Part shown: positions 13,672 to 26,873 of the stretch, piece by piece
How the letters are laid out: each line of letters opens with the position of its first letter
Numbering within the stretch: the first letter of the stretch is position 1
From: Octopus bimaculoides
Taxonomy: Eukaryota
Reading direction: 5' to 3'
DNA: 43,800 nucleotides
NCBI RefSeq assembly: GCF_001194135.2
Contig: NC_068999.1
Location: 9,269,798 to 9,313,597 of the forward strand
Translations under genes and position numbers: made by a program
The notes under the pieces: generated by a model
What the model saw: the letters and a program-made list of their open reading frames with translations, nothing else
Databases searched by the model: none
Told to the model about the DNA's origin: nothing

Positions 13672-15728
13672 CATTTTTATTACTTTATTTTCATTTCCAG
13701 CATGTTGACAGCCATTACCCTTCCTTTTCAAACTAACACATCTTTCTTACACACATTCATACGAATATATACAAAACCGACACGAATGCACTTACGCACA
13801 CATAGTCACACACACAAATCACATAAACAGACACACACACGCACGCACATATACACACATACACTTAAACACACACCATACATATGCCAATATCCACATA
13901 TAGGCTAAGCAGACACAGAGACAAAATCTTAATTGCAAATGAAGGAACACTAATAAAAAATTAAAACAGAGAAACAATCTAATGTAAATACCAACAACAT
14001 GTGAATCACCAAGACGTCGAGACATAAATAACAGCCGAAACAGGACGAACGATGTCTTAGATACATTTGGTTTGGCTTCACCGGATATTGGAATGGTTTG
14101 CTTTTATCAATAGAACCAAAGCCAGACTGAGAAATTGTCAAAGTAAGAACGAAGAAGAGGAAGAAGAATAAAAAAATAAAAAGAAATGATTCTCTAGTGA
14201 AGCCAAAAGAATGGACAGGCTTTCATATTTCTTTTGTATATGAAGAAAGAGNNNNNNNNNNNNNNNNNNNNNNNNNNNNNNNNNNNNNNNNNNNNNNNNN
14301 NNNNNNNNNNNNNNNNNNNNNNNNNNNNNNNNNNNNNNNNNNNNNNNNNNNNNNNNNNNNNNNNNNNNNNNNNNNNNNNNNNNNNNNNNNNNNNNNNNNN
14401 NNNNNNNNNNNNNNNNNNNNNNNNNNNNNNNNNNNNNNNNNNNNNNNNNNNNNNNNNNNNNNNNNNNNNNNNNNNNNNNNNNNNNNNNNNNNNNNNNNNN
14501 NNNNNNNNNNNNNNNNNNNNNNNNNNNNNNNNNNNNNNNNNNNNNNNNNNNNNNNNNNNNNNNNNNNNNNNNNNNNNNNNNNNNNNNNNNNNNNNNNNNN
14601 NNNNNNNNNNNNNNNNNNNNNNNNNNNNNNNNNNNNNNNNNNNNNNNNNNNNNNNNNNNNNNNNNNNNNNNNNNNNNNNNNNNNNNNNNNNNNNNNNNNN
14701 NNNNNNNNNNNNNNNNNNNNNNNNNNNNNNNNNNNNNNNNNNNNNNNNNNNNNNNNNNNNNNNNNNNNNNNNNNNNNNNNNNNNNNNNNNNNNNNNNNNN
14801 NNNNNNNNNNNNNNNNNNNNNNNNNNNNNNNNNNNNNNNNNNNNNNNNNNNNNNNNNNNNNNNNNNNNNNNNNNNNNNNNNNNNNNNNNNNNNNNNNNNN
14901 NNNNNNNNNNNNNNNNNNNNNNNNNNNNNNNNNNNNNNNNNNNNNNNNNNNNNNNNNNNNNNNNNATATAGTATATAGTTTTGTTTAGAAAGATTCTAAA
15001 CAAAACTGTCTGACGAACGGGAACGTGAAACTCTGAGTAACAGTTTTTTAAAAAATTTCTGTTGCTTTTCAATGAAGTATATATATGTGTGTATATATAC
15101 ATCTATACATGCATGCGTACACACACATGAGTCGGACACCTGTTTGTTTGTAAGAACACACCTTCCAACACGTAGCTACATAAGACTGATTTTGTATATC
15201 TCTGCATATCATTAAATAATTCCTATACAACAGAGGTACCCGCTTATTTTAGCTGAAAATACTGGAGTTTGCATCAAAATCTCCCTCATATCACACCATA
15301 ACATGTTATATATAAAGTTTGAAATATTTTGTTTCCTGGCTCAAAAGACATTAAAACGAACAAGATGGTCCCAATCAGAATGTCTATCTGCGTCGGTTTG
15401 CTTATTGTGGGACAGTCGGGTTATATAACTACGTAAGCAATAACAGGACAAACATGATAGTGAGTGCGTTAAAATGATATAAAACTCGGAATCTGAGTAG
15501 GCAGCTCTCGAATTATGATTCACGACGGACGAATGAGAGAAACATTTGCTTGAAATTACTTCTTCATTCAGAACATGGAACGTGTCATCTGCATCGTGTT
15601 TCGATGCAGCTGAACTCAATCATAAGACGTATGGCGCCAGTTTGTTATCGGAGTTGCTCTCGTCCGCTTTCAGAAGCTGTGGATCGATTCTTGGAGAATC
15701 AACAAATTTTAATGAAATAAAAATAGAA

Positions 15729-15766
<38 letters not shown>

Positions 15767-15779
15767 AGAGCATAAATGA

Positions 15780-16284
15780 ATTAAAGAATAACGACGAAGC
15801 AACAACAACAACAACAGTATGGATCAGAGGAAGAAGAAAGTGAAGAGGAAGTAGGAGACAAAAAAAGGTCACTAAAAACAACAGCAACAACAATAATAAT
15901 GAACAAAAATAATAAAGAACAAAAATAATGCTTATGGAAAGAAGAAGGAAAAGAATGAGAAGAAGAGAAAGAAGAAAGAGAAGAAGAAAGAGAAGAAGAA
16001 GAAGAAGGAGGAGGAGGAGGGGGAGGATGAGGAGGAGAAAGAGGGGGAGAAAGAGGAGGAGNNNNNNNNNNAGAGTAGGAGGAGAAGTAGGAGGAGAAGA
16101 AGGAAAAGAATGAGAAGAAGAAGAAGAAAGAGAGGGGGTGAAGAAGAAGAAGAAGAAGAAGAAGGAGAAGAAGAAGAAGAAGAAGAAGAAAAGAAGAAGA
16201 AGAAAGAGAAGAAGAAGAAGAAGGAAAAGAATGAGAAGAAGAAGAAGAAAGAGAAGAAGAAGAAGAAGAAAAAAAGAAGAAGAA

Positions 16285-16315
<31 letters not shown>

Positions 16316-16365
16316 AAGAAGAAGAAGAAGAAAAAAAAGAAGAAGAACAAGAAGAACAACAGCCA
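15780..16365. repeat. Purine-rich (GAA/GGA)n low-complexity tract
   Basis: Read directly; the plus strand is almost entirely A/G from ~15940 to 16340. Confidence 0.95.
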
Positions 16366-16834
16366 CATCAATGTTCAATAGCACTGATATCGATTGAAGT
16401 TGCTTATAAGACGAGTGTCTTTGGAAAATACGTTAACATCAAAAGCAAGAAATGCGAACGTCACGTCACCATTATCAGTGTCATCATCGACGATAACAAC
16501 AGAAATAACGAAGCCAGTGGCAAACAACAACAACCTCATCAAAATCAGCATCAATGATATCGGCTTGAATAGGCTTGATGACAAGATAACTATATGACTA
16601 GCGCTCACTGAAACAATATCAATGAATGCTAAAACAACGGCAACAACAACGACTACAATGGCTACAATAATAATATAACCACAAGTTACGTAAGAACGGA
16701 AATTATATAAACCTGGGAAATGATGACAATGACAGAAGCAAAAATTACTACCACATTATGGAGTATTACACCTATGAAGTTCATACTGAAATTTATTTCC
16801 AAAAGGGAAACATAGAAAGGCTTTGGTCTTTGGG

Positions 16835-17380
16835 TTTCATGTTTCCTCGCTCACTCAATGGAGAAAGGATCGGGCCGACGCCTAGCGGTGGTTCATTATC
16901 TGGTGCGAAGCGCGCGATACATGTCGAGCGTCTTAGCGGGCGCCGACGCAGCCGATGCGTGCGACCCTTAGTCGAGAACAGTGTCGGTCAGGGAGTTTGA
17001 CTGGGGTGGTACGTCTGTCAAACGGTAACGCAGGTGTCCCAAGGCGAGCTCATCGTGGACGGAAGGAAACCACACGTGCGAGCAAAAGGGCAAAAGCTCG
17101 CTTGGTCTCGATTTTCAGTATGGATACGGACCGCGAAAGCGTGACCCATCGATCTTTTTCCGAACAGCGGCGAGCTATGCGTCCGCCGAGAGGTGTCAGA
17201 AACGTTACCAAAGGGATAACTGGCTTGTAACGGCCAAGCGTTCGCAGCGACGTCGCTTTTTGATCCTTTGATGTTGGCTCTTCCTATCATTGCGAAGCAG
17301 AATTCGCAAAGCGCTGGATTGTTCACCCACTAACAGGGAACGTGAGCCAGGATTAGACCGTCGTGAGACAGGTTAGTTTT
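16835..17380 (+). rRNA. 28S rRNA: Partial 28S (LSU) rRNA: D10 expansion plus domain V/peptidyl-transferase region; isolated dispersed copy, probably a pseudogene
   Basis: Conserved LSU motifs occur in order: GGGAGTTTGACTGGGG(T)GGTAC (P-loop), CTGTCAAACGGTAACGCAGGTGTCC, AAGGGCAAAAGCTCGCTTG, GAGGTGTCAGAAA, GGGATAACTGGCTTG (17213-17227), GGCTCTTCCTATCATTG, GGATTGTTCACCCAC (A-loop), AGACCGTCGTGAGACAGGTTAGTTTT (ends 17380). No other rDNA flanks it. C-to-T changes at normally invariant CpGs (17007, 17269, 17275). The 5' boundary is approximate. Confidence 0.96.
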
Positions 17381-17670
17381 TTTTTTTATATATATTTGGC
17401 GTTCATGTTCTGCATTTAACTAAGCAACCAGTCAGGACAGGTCTTCGTAAACGTCCGCCCAGTTGAACGGCCATTTTAAACTCACAGACTGGGGTGATTT
17501 CTTTTAAACGAAAACTCTGTGCGTCCACACATTTCTGCGAAGAGTTCGGACATGATATTCAGATTGTACATAAAACACAAGGTGCAACAATGATATCATG
17601 GCGGCACCTTGGCATGTAAGCATGACATGTGGAGACGATGCCCTTTACCAATCGTAAAACCATGTATATA

Positions 17671-18070
17671 TTCTTTTATTTTTTATTCTTTTATTTGTTT
17701 CGGTCATTTGGCTGCAGCCATGCTGGAGCATCACCTTTTTGTCGAAAAAATCGACCCCAGGATTTATTCTTTGTAAGCCTGGCACTTATTCTTTCGATCT
17801 CTTTTGCCCAACTGCTAGTTTTCGGGGAAGGAAACACACCAAGATCTGTTGTTAAGCGATGGTGGAGGGGACAAAAACAGACAGACAGACAGACACACAC
17901 ATACATACGACAGTCTTCTTTCAGGTTCCATTTACCAAATCCACTCACAAGGCTTTGCTCAACCCGAGGCTATAGTAAAAAAACACTTGCCCAAGGTGCC
18001 ACGCACTGGAACTGAACCCGGAACCATGTGGTTGGGAAGCAGGCTTCTTACTACACAGGTAAGCCTGCGG
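17671..18070 (-). mobile_element. SINE-2, complete bipartite copy (tRNA head + CORE-like block, internal microsatellite, 3' module and tail)
   Basis: Minus strand reads head with B-box-like GGTTCAGTTCC, then ACCTTGGGCAAGT (17985-17997), an (ACAG)/(AC) linker at ~17877-17909, and a 3' module homologous to 23496-23700, 27478-27693 and 28600-28796. Confidence 0.9.
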
Positions 18071-18903
18071 TTATGTATGTATATATAAACAATCTAGAAG
18101 AGTGCGAATATGAACCGTACGATACAAGAAAGATGATATTTTTTCGAACGTTAAACTGCCATGAGAACAGCAAATATAATGAGTAAATTACTCTTATAAG
18201 GCGGATAAATTTGTCAACAAGTGTATCTTTGGTTTGTGTGTGTTCATGTGAGTGTATATATGTATATATGTGTGTGTTTGTATGCGTGCGTGTGTGTAAA
18301 AAAAAATGTACTATGTTCATTTTTCTGTGGATGTATGTGTGTGAGTCTGCTGTGAGCTACTAAGGGAAGCTGACCTTCCCTTTAGTTAATGCCTAAAACA
18401 AATATAGTCACATGTATACGTTAACCCTAACCCCATCCCTAACCCTTTTAAAATGTGAATACTATATTCAGTTAGTTATAGGAAGATGAATATTCTTAGC
18501 ATACTATGTTCCAAACCGAACATGTTTCATGACGGCGTTCATCAAAATGCACCCCAAAAATTGTGTACACAAGCTTACTGCTCAACGGATATTTTATACA
18601 TATATTTTCGTGGAAAAACTGTTTGTATTGAAAACGCTATTATGAGAATAATACTTTCGCTAAATATATTCCGTTCCTAATGAATAATTCTTTTCATTGT
18701 ATATTGCAGTGCAAATGAGGATATACAATATTCTGTTGGGAAAGAAAAGGAGCGTAATATTTGGTAAGTCACATTCGTTTTGATGTTTTTTAAGCAATGA
18801 GCATTTTCCCCAAAAGACGGTCAGCTCCAAGTTCGGTAAATTTTTCTCATCTATGCCAGTGTAAAATTATGGCCTACTACTTTTCACATACATACGCCTC
18901 GAA

Positions 18904-18947
<44 letters not shown>

Positions 18948-19037
18948 CTGTCAGTCCGTCGGTCTGTATCTCTCATTGTCTCTCCATATATGTGTATACA
19001 TAAATATATTCGTACATCAACATATCCGTATGTATGC

Positions 19038-19112
<75 letters not shown>

Positions 19113-20697
19113 TCATATTAATATACATATGTATATAAATACATATAAACATATAAACACACATATACACGCATGGATAATGTGCAATTATACATAAATA
19201 TATATATACACACAGACATACATACATGCATACATACATGCATACATACATGCATTCATAAATTATAAGGGTGGTTCGTTCGTAATTTTACAACGGAAAG
19301 GCAGAAATATATAAGTCAGCACCAGTATTGCTAGAAATAATAGTTAAAACAACACCCATCCACACGAAGCACTTATATTAATGACTAACACGATATGAGG
19401 AGCTTAAAACAAGGCAACACAAACCAATAGGCATGCGCTGTGAGTACTCCATTAAGTAATTCAGCACAATTTCAGTTAGAATAGCAGCTGGAGTTGTGAT
19501 TGTGAGAAAGTCTTGTACGACAAAAACTCACCGTTAGTGGCTTACACATGCGGATGTAGGTAACGGTTAAAGTAGTGAGGAAGGCAAACAATTAGTCAAG
19601 GCAGGACTATAGTATTTAAATTCATTTAATTCAATCCCCAAATAATAAAACAATACAAAACTGTTAACATATATACGTACGTAAATATATATATATACAC
19701 ACAGAGATTAACAAAACTGAAACCATTCAGATGAACATTCGGGTATGAGAATATGGATATTTATATATTTGCAAGATAAATTTACATGGGATATAAAATA
19801 TATAGAAATCTAAGGTGAGAGGGAATGGTAGTGCATGTCCGACAGCTGTTTCTAATGGCTCGGGATTATAATGTTGGAAGAGGGAGTGTGCAAAGATTCA
19901 AGGGTATATAGTTAGCAATGGATGCATATAAAAGATTACCTTACAGACGGTCTCTGTCTTCAGGGTGGAATCATCTAGATACCAATGTTTCCATATATAT
20001 ATNNNNNNNNNNNNNNNNNNNNNNNNNNNNNNNNNNNNNNNNNNNNNNNNNNNNNNNNNNNNNNNNNNNNNNNNNNNNNNNNNNNNNNNNNNNNNNNNNN
20101 NNNNNNNNNNNNNNNNNNNNNNNNNNNNNNNNNNNNNNNNNNNNNNNNNNNNNNNNNNNNNNNNNNNNNNNNNNNNNNNNNNNNNNNNNNNNNNNNNNNN
20201 NNNNNNNNNNNNNNNNNNNNNNNNNNNNNNNNNNNNNNNNNNNNNNNNNNNNNNNNNNNNNNNNNNNNNNNNNNNNNNNNNNNNNNNNNNNNNNNNNNNN
20301 NNNNNNNNNNNNNNNNNNNNNNNNNNNNNNNNNNNNNNNNNNNNNNNNNNNNNNNNNNNNNNNNNNNNNNNNNNNNNNNNNNNNNNNNNNNNNNNNNNNN
20401 NNNNNNNNNNNNNNNNNNNNNNNNNNNNNNNNNNNNNNNNNNNNNNNNNNNNNNNNNNNNNNNNNNNNNNNNNNNNNNNNNNNNNNNNNNNNNNNNNNNN
20501 NNNNNNNNNNNNNNNNNNNNNNNNNNNNNNNNNNNNNNNNNNNNNNNNNNNNNNNNNNNNNNNNNNNNNNNNNNNNNNNNNNNNNNNNNNNNNNNNNNNN
20601 NNNNNNNNNNNNNNNNNNNNNNNNNNNNNNNNNNNNNNNNNNNNNNNNNNNNNNNNNNNNNNNNNNNNNNNNNNNNNNNNNNNNNNNNNNNNNNNNN

Positions 20698-20761
<64 letters not shown>

Positions 20762-21575
20762 TGCGTGTGTCTATACGTATTTGTGTGCATGTGTGTGTGG
20801 TTATATGTTACATTTCATGTTCAGCTTGCACTCTAACTGCAGTACACTCCACACTGATTCACGATTCAAGATGTAAGCAAAGTAAGTGACAGCGGCTTTA
20901 AGAAAAAAAAAAATGTAGGAGTCGAAACCGGTTCGCAAAATCATAATCGCCGAAAGCTAATATATTTACAGAATACATCACAGCAAAACAACACAGAATG
21001 AAATTAACAATGAAACATTAAACATATATTGTGGATCATTAAGCTTTTATTGTGACATGTAAGCGAATATCTCATACGTGATTTTATTAAGAACGTTAAA
21101 CCAATAAAAATTCTGATGTTATATAATGGCTACTAACGAGTAGATTGAAAAATCTTACTCGAGAGAAGAGCGTTCTTGCTCGTTGTTTGTGTATTTATGT
21201 GGCTCTCTTAGATTGTGCGTATGTGCGTGTACCTGGGTGGGGATGAATCGCTGATGTATTTAGTTATGTATGTTTTTGTTATTGCTGTTTTGTCTACCAG
21301 GTTTTCATCGCTGTCTACGTATTCTACATTTAGACATAGAAAGGTCGAGTAAGGCTAAGGGAATAGAAACATGAAATATCGTGCATATACACGCACGAAT
21401 ACAAACGTTACATACACACATACACAGGCAGACATATATGTAGAAATATGTAGAAACATACGCATATATAAGTATATGTATCTATACATATACATATATA
21501 TATACATGCATGTGTCTATATGCCTATGTATAAATACGTATATACATACACATATATATGGGTGTGTATATATAA

Positions 21576-21616
<41 letters not shown>

Positions 21617-22263
21617 AATATATATATATATATATATATATAGATATATATATATACATACATACGTATACGAATATGTGTGTGCACAAATATGTATATA
21701 TCCTATCTGTATAAGGGTATGTGTGTGTAAATGTGTGTGTGCTGATATTCCTTAGGTATCACGCAGTTTTCAGTTGGTTTATATCAGAATTTGGGTTTGA
21801 TCGTGTGTGAACGAAAGCGAGTGACGGCTGGTATGAATGCGCATCAGTGTTTTCTCTGTTCCGTCTACCTATAAGCTGATACTCGTAAATTAATGGCACA
21901 TACGTATTACCCTCCTTTATGTGTGTATGTATATATATATATACACGCACACCCAGAGATATATAATATCTATATATGTGTATACATACAGAGGTATACG
22001 TTCATAGACACAAATAAATATTCATAACCATGCACATACAGACATGTATGTTGCGTTTAGTATTTCATCGTAAAGTTGTGTTCTTAGAATTTCTATATAC
22101 TCCTAAACTTATTCACGCAAATATACAGATCCGTACATCTGTATTTGCATATATATACATATGTGTGTGTGTCCGTTCATGCGCACCTTGCTAAGGTCAT
22201 TCCACGTGCGTGTGTGTATGAATATTTGCGTGCGTGCGTAAGTTCGGTGTGAGTGGGTAAGTC

Positions 22264-22407
22264 AATTAAATCCACCCCAGTACTTATTTCATCGAACCCG
22301 GATGGGATGAAAGACAGATTCGGTCTCGGTGGAATTTGAACTCAGAACTAATAGACGGACAAAGTGTTTTGTCGGCAATTCTATCGATACTACCAGTTCG
22401 TTGCCTT
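22264..22407 (-). mobile_element. SINE-1, degenerate copy
   Basis: CCCCAGTACTTATTTCATCGAACCCG..GATGAAAG..CTCGGTGGAATTTGAACTCAGAAC..CCAGTTCGTTGCCTT is the reverse complement of the SINE-1 head and core. Confidence 0.8.
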
Positions 22408-22444
22408 AGCAACAATGATAATAATATACTTATTGTTAATGGAA

Positions 22445-22641
22445 CTAGGGCTAAAAGTTTTCGGGAGGTGTCTAATTGATTACATCAACCCCAGTGCGTA
22501 ACTGGTACTTATTTCATCGACCCCAAAAGGGTGAAAGGCAAAATCGACTTCTGTAGAATTTGAACTCAGAACGTAACTACGAATGAAATGCCACTATATA
22601 TTTTGCCTGGCGCTCTAACGATTCTGCCAGCTCGACGCCTT
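22445..22641 (-). mobile_element. SINE-1 copy, in tandem with the preceding one
   Basis: CCCCAGTGCGTAACTGGTACTTATTTCATCGACCCC..GAAAGGCAAAATCGAC..GAATTTGAACTCAGAACGTA..CTAACGATTCTGCCAGCTCGACGCCTT. Confidence 0.88.
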
Positions 22642-23495
22642 TATGATAATAATAGTAACATCATTAAAAACAACAGTAACTTTTAGTATATTCAAGAACA
22701 GTAACAGCAACAACAACAACAATATGAAAACCAGCTGGACGATTCTGAAAAAACAACCATTAGCGACAGCAGTAACTACATCACAACAAGCAAAAGTACA
22801 AGCAAAAAAACAAAAACAAAAAAAAACAAAGTAAAAACATCAACATTATCATCATCAACATTATCATCAACAACAACAGCATGATAATCATCGGCTGCTA
22901 TATTAATATCATTGTCGTATTAAGGTTTGGTGAAACTTAAAGAACAAAAATATCGTGGGGCGTGGTGAAGAGCTCAACCAACACTATCGCTTTGTAAACC
23001 GTACGTGAGGCAGTCTTTAGGTCATTTACTTCCGTCTGTCTGTTCGTCGTTCAGTCAGACGTAACTTTAATACGTTTTTTCTTCAGCTACGTGCCTCTGG
23101 ACAGGTTTTCTCCAGTTGAGATTTAACTGTGTCTTCCAGAATACGTGGATCTATGTATACAATTTTGGGCGAGATTACCTGCGTTGGTTTGTTCGTGTTT
23201 ATAATGTTTGTTTTTTGTTTTGTTTTGCGCGTGCATTTGCTTGTGAATGAGTGGCTGACTGTTGTGATTGTGTCCATAAATGTGTGTGTGTGTGTGTGAG
23301 TATGTCTATGGATGTTGGATGGCTGATTGCTTAAGATATTCGCTTCGCAATCACGCAAGATCGAGTTCAGGCAGGTTTGGCAGACGACATATTGTATATA
23401 TATATATATATGCAACATTTGTATTATTTATATTATATATATATAGATATATATACATATATATACATATATATATATATATACATATATATATA

Positions 23496-24073
23496 TTCTT
23501 TGATTCTTTTATTCATTTCAGTCATTTGACTGCGGCCATGCTGGAGCACCACCTTTAGTCAAACAAATCGACCCCAGGACTTATTCTTTGTAAGCCTTGT
23601 ACTTATTCTATCGGTCTCTTTTGCCGAACCGCTAGGTTACGGGGACGTGAACACACCAACATCGATTGTCAAGCGCTGATGTGGGGCAAAAACACACACA
23701 CACAAATACACACACACACACACACACNNNNNNNNNNNNNNNNNNNNNNNNNNNNNNNNNNNNNNNNNNNNNNNNNNNNNNNNNNNNNNNNNNNNNNNNN
23801 NNNNNNNNNNNNNNNNNNNNNNNNNNNNNNNNNNNNNNNNNNNNNNNNNNNNNNNNNNNNNNNNNNNNNNNNNNNNNNNNNNNNNNNNNNNNNNNNNNNN
23901 NNNNNNNNNNNNNNNNNNNNNNNNNNNNNNNNNNNNNNNNNNNNNNNNNNNNNNNNNNNNNNNNNNNNNNNNNNNNNNNNNNNNNNNNNNNNNNNNNNNN
24001 NNNNNNNNNNNNNNNNNNNNNNNNNNNAGTGGAACTGAACCCGGAACCATGTGGTTTGTAAGCAAGCTACTCT

Positions 24074-24076
<3 letters not shown>
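23496..24076 (-). mobile_element. SINE-2 spanning a 300-N gap at its internal (CA)n linker
   Basis: The 3' module (23496-23700) matches 17671-17870; the head resumes after the gap (AGTGGAACTGAACCCGGAACCATGTGGTT, 24028 onward). Confidence 0.88.
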
Positions 24077-24122
<46 letters not shown>

Positions 24123-24753
24123 AGATATTATATGTATATATGTATGTATCTTATGTATGCGTGTATGTACGTATGCGTATGGTGTTCAAAATAATGATGC
24201 AGAAAATGTAGAGATAGGCTGTTTGCCTATGAAAACGTTTTGCATATATTTCACGTGAACATTAAAATGTGTACAAACATTAAATGTTTGTTCTGTTAAT
24301 TGTGAGATCAATAAGCGTCTATGATCAATAAGATTGAGTATATAGATCGGCTTCTGTCAGGAATCTACATGCGTGTTTGTGGATGCTGTATAAGATGAGA
24401 TAATAGTCATATGATTTCTGGGATGTATTCCGTAGGCAACGGGTGTGTGCACATGCATGCGTGTATTTCGTGTATGTGTGTGTTATAATTTCTACAAGTA
24501 TGAATGATGAAAGGATATAGACGTTTGTGTATTGAGAAATGATTAAGCATTATATATGTTATGTCTATGTGTGTGGACGATCTTGTACATGTCCTACGGT
24601 TGTATGTGTTTGCGTGCAAATTGACTTTGTACAGAGAGGAGTTTTGCTTGCTTTCGTAAAAAGTATGTAGGTAGATTAATCACAATATATCTATATCTAA
24701 GCCGACTTTTGCAAAGACAGAAACGTATATACGTCCATATATCACATACGAAT

Positions 24754-24810
<57 letters not shown>

Positions 24811-25358
24811 CACACACGCACTCGCAGATATACATAATTATAAATATATGTANNNNNNNNNNNNNNNNNNNNNNNNNNNNNNNNNNNNNNNNNNNNNNNN
24901 NNNNNNNNNNNNNNNNNNNNNNNNNNNNNNNNNNNNNNNNNNNNNNNNNNNNNNNNNNNNNNNNNNNNNNNNNNNNNNNNNNNNNNNNNNNNNNNNNNNN
25001 NNNNNNNNNNNNNNNNNNNNNNNNNNNNNNNNNNNNNNNNNCTATATGTACATATATATACATATGAAAATATATATACATTTATGCATATCTCTCTATG
25101 TTTTTTATCTCCCTCTCTATCCCTCCTTCCATCCCCCCTCTCTCTCTCTCTCTCTCTCGCTCTCTCTTTCTCTTTATATATGTATGTGTGTATGTATATG
25201 TGAGTGTGTGTGCTTGACTGTGTGCATTAGCTTATACATATTTACATGTGCGTGTATGCGTACGAGCGTATGCACACACACACACACACACACATACATA
25301 CACACACACACACACATACACACACACACACTCACACACACGCACACACACACACACA

Positions 25359-25392
<34 letters not shown>

Positions 25393-25809
25393 TATTATAA
25401 TTAAGACAGCGTGAAATAAACAGAACATTTTTCGCGTGTTCAGCAACAAAAAAACTTTCGCCATCTTAGCCTCTGGTCGTATTTCGTTCTCGTTGATTGT
25501 GCTTTATAGATAGATCTGGTATGAACCTACCCCTACAGATTCTTCATCCGCTCACTCCAAGAGCTCACTGCTTAGTTTAGCATCCATAAACAGGTCCCTA
25601 TTTCATTGGTTTGTTGATTTATTTTGTATGTTTTTTTTTGCTATATTTTTATTTTGTTTCGACAATTTTTCTTTTATATTTTGTTTCTATGATTGTATGT
25701 TTGCTCCGTATGTTTTTTTTCCGTCGGTGAGGTTGAATGGTTTTGCAAATTATATATGCCTTTATGCCTATATATGCATATATGTCACGCATATATATAC
25801 ATATATACA

Positions 25810-25853
<44 letters not shown>

Positions 25854-26801
25854 TGTGTGTGTGCGCTTGTGTGTGTACTACATATACCTATGCATGTGTA
25901 TATATATATATATATATATANNNNNNNNNNNNNNNNNNNNNNNNNNNNNNNNNNNNNNNNNNNNNNNNNNNNNNNNNNNNNNNNNNNNNNNNNNNNNNNN
26001 NNNNNNNNNNNNNNNNNNNNNNNNNNNNNNNNNNNNNNNNNNNNNNNNNNNNNNNNNNNNNNNNNNNNNNNNNNNNNNNNNNNNNNNNNNNNNNNNNNNN
26101 NNNNNNNNNNNNNNNNNNNNNNNNNNNNNNNNNNNNNNNNNNNNNNNNNNNNNNNNNNNNNNNNNNNNNNNNNNNNNNNNNNNNNNNNNNNNNNNNNNNN
26201 NNNNNNNNNNNNNNNNNNNNNNNNNNNNNNNNNNNNNNNNNNNNNNNNNATATATATGCATACATTCATACATATATACACATGCAATTACGTGCATGAA
26301 GGTATATTTGTTATGTGCAAATGAATGGGCTCTGTGCGTACGCATGTGTACTAATATGTAGCATAACATTTTTCTATATATTCTACGTATAACGTTCACC
26401 ATGCATATCAGGAACGGCACAAGGGATTCATATATGTTTGACAGACTCAATCCTTTTGAGATATTGCATGCAGATATTGTTCAACTATATTCGTTTACCT
26501 TTGCTCAAATTAAAATGTAGAAAAGTATTTAAGTTTAAAGGTAGATATCACTGCTATGATATAATATCTTTGTGAATTGTACAATAATTACTGATGGTAT
26601 TAATACTTAGAGGTTCACTTTAAGGTAATCAATATAGCTAAGGACATGCTGCAGCACAAGTTGCTTGAAAATATGGTTATATAATAATCGGTGTAATTAC
26701 TGTGGTTTTTACAAACATGACTGTGTGCGTGCACATAAGTCAGCGTGAGTGTATGTACGTCTATCTGTCAATCTGTCAATCTATCTGTCAGTATGTTTGA
26801 C

Positions 26802-26873
<72 letters not shown>

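Noticed and set aside
16758-17326. ORFs 16758-17000, 16955-17230 and 17018-17326 as proteins
   Set aside because: They overlap the GC-rich 28S rRNA fragment and are the typical spurious rRNA-derived ORFs.
16835-17380. R1/R2 retrotransposon insertion into 28S
   Set aside because: The R2 target (around AAGGTAGCCAAATGCC) lies upstream in 28S and is not in this fragment, and no R-element sequence is adjacent.
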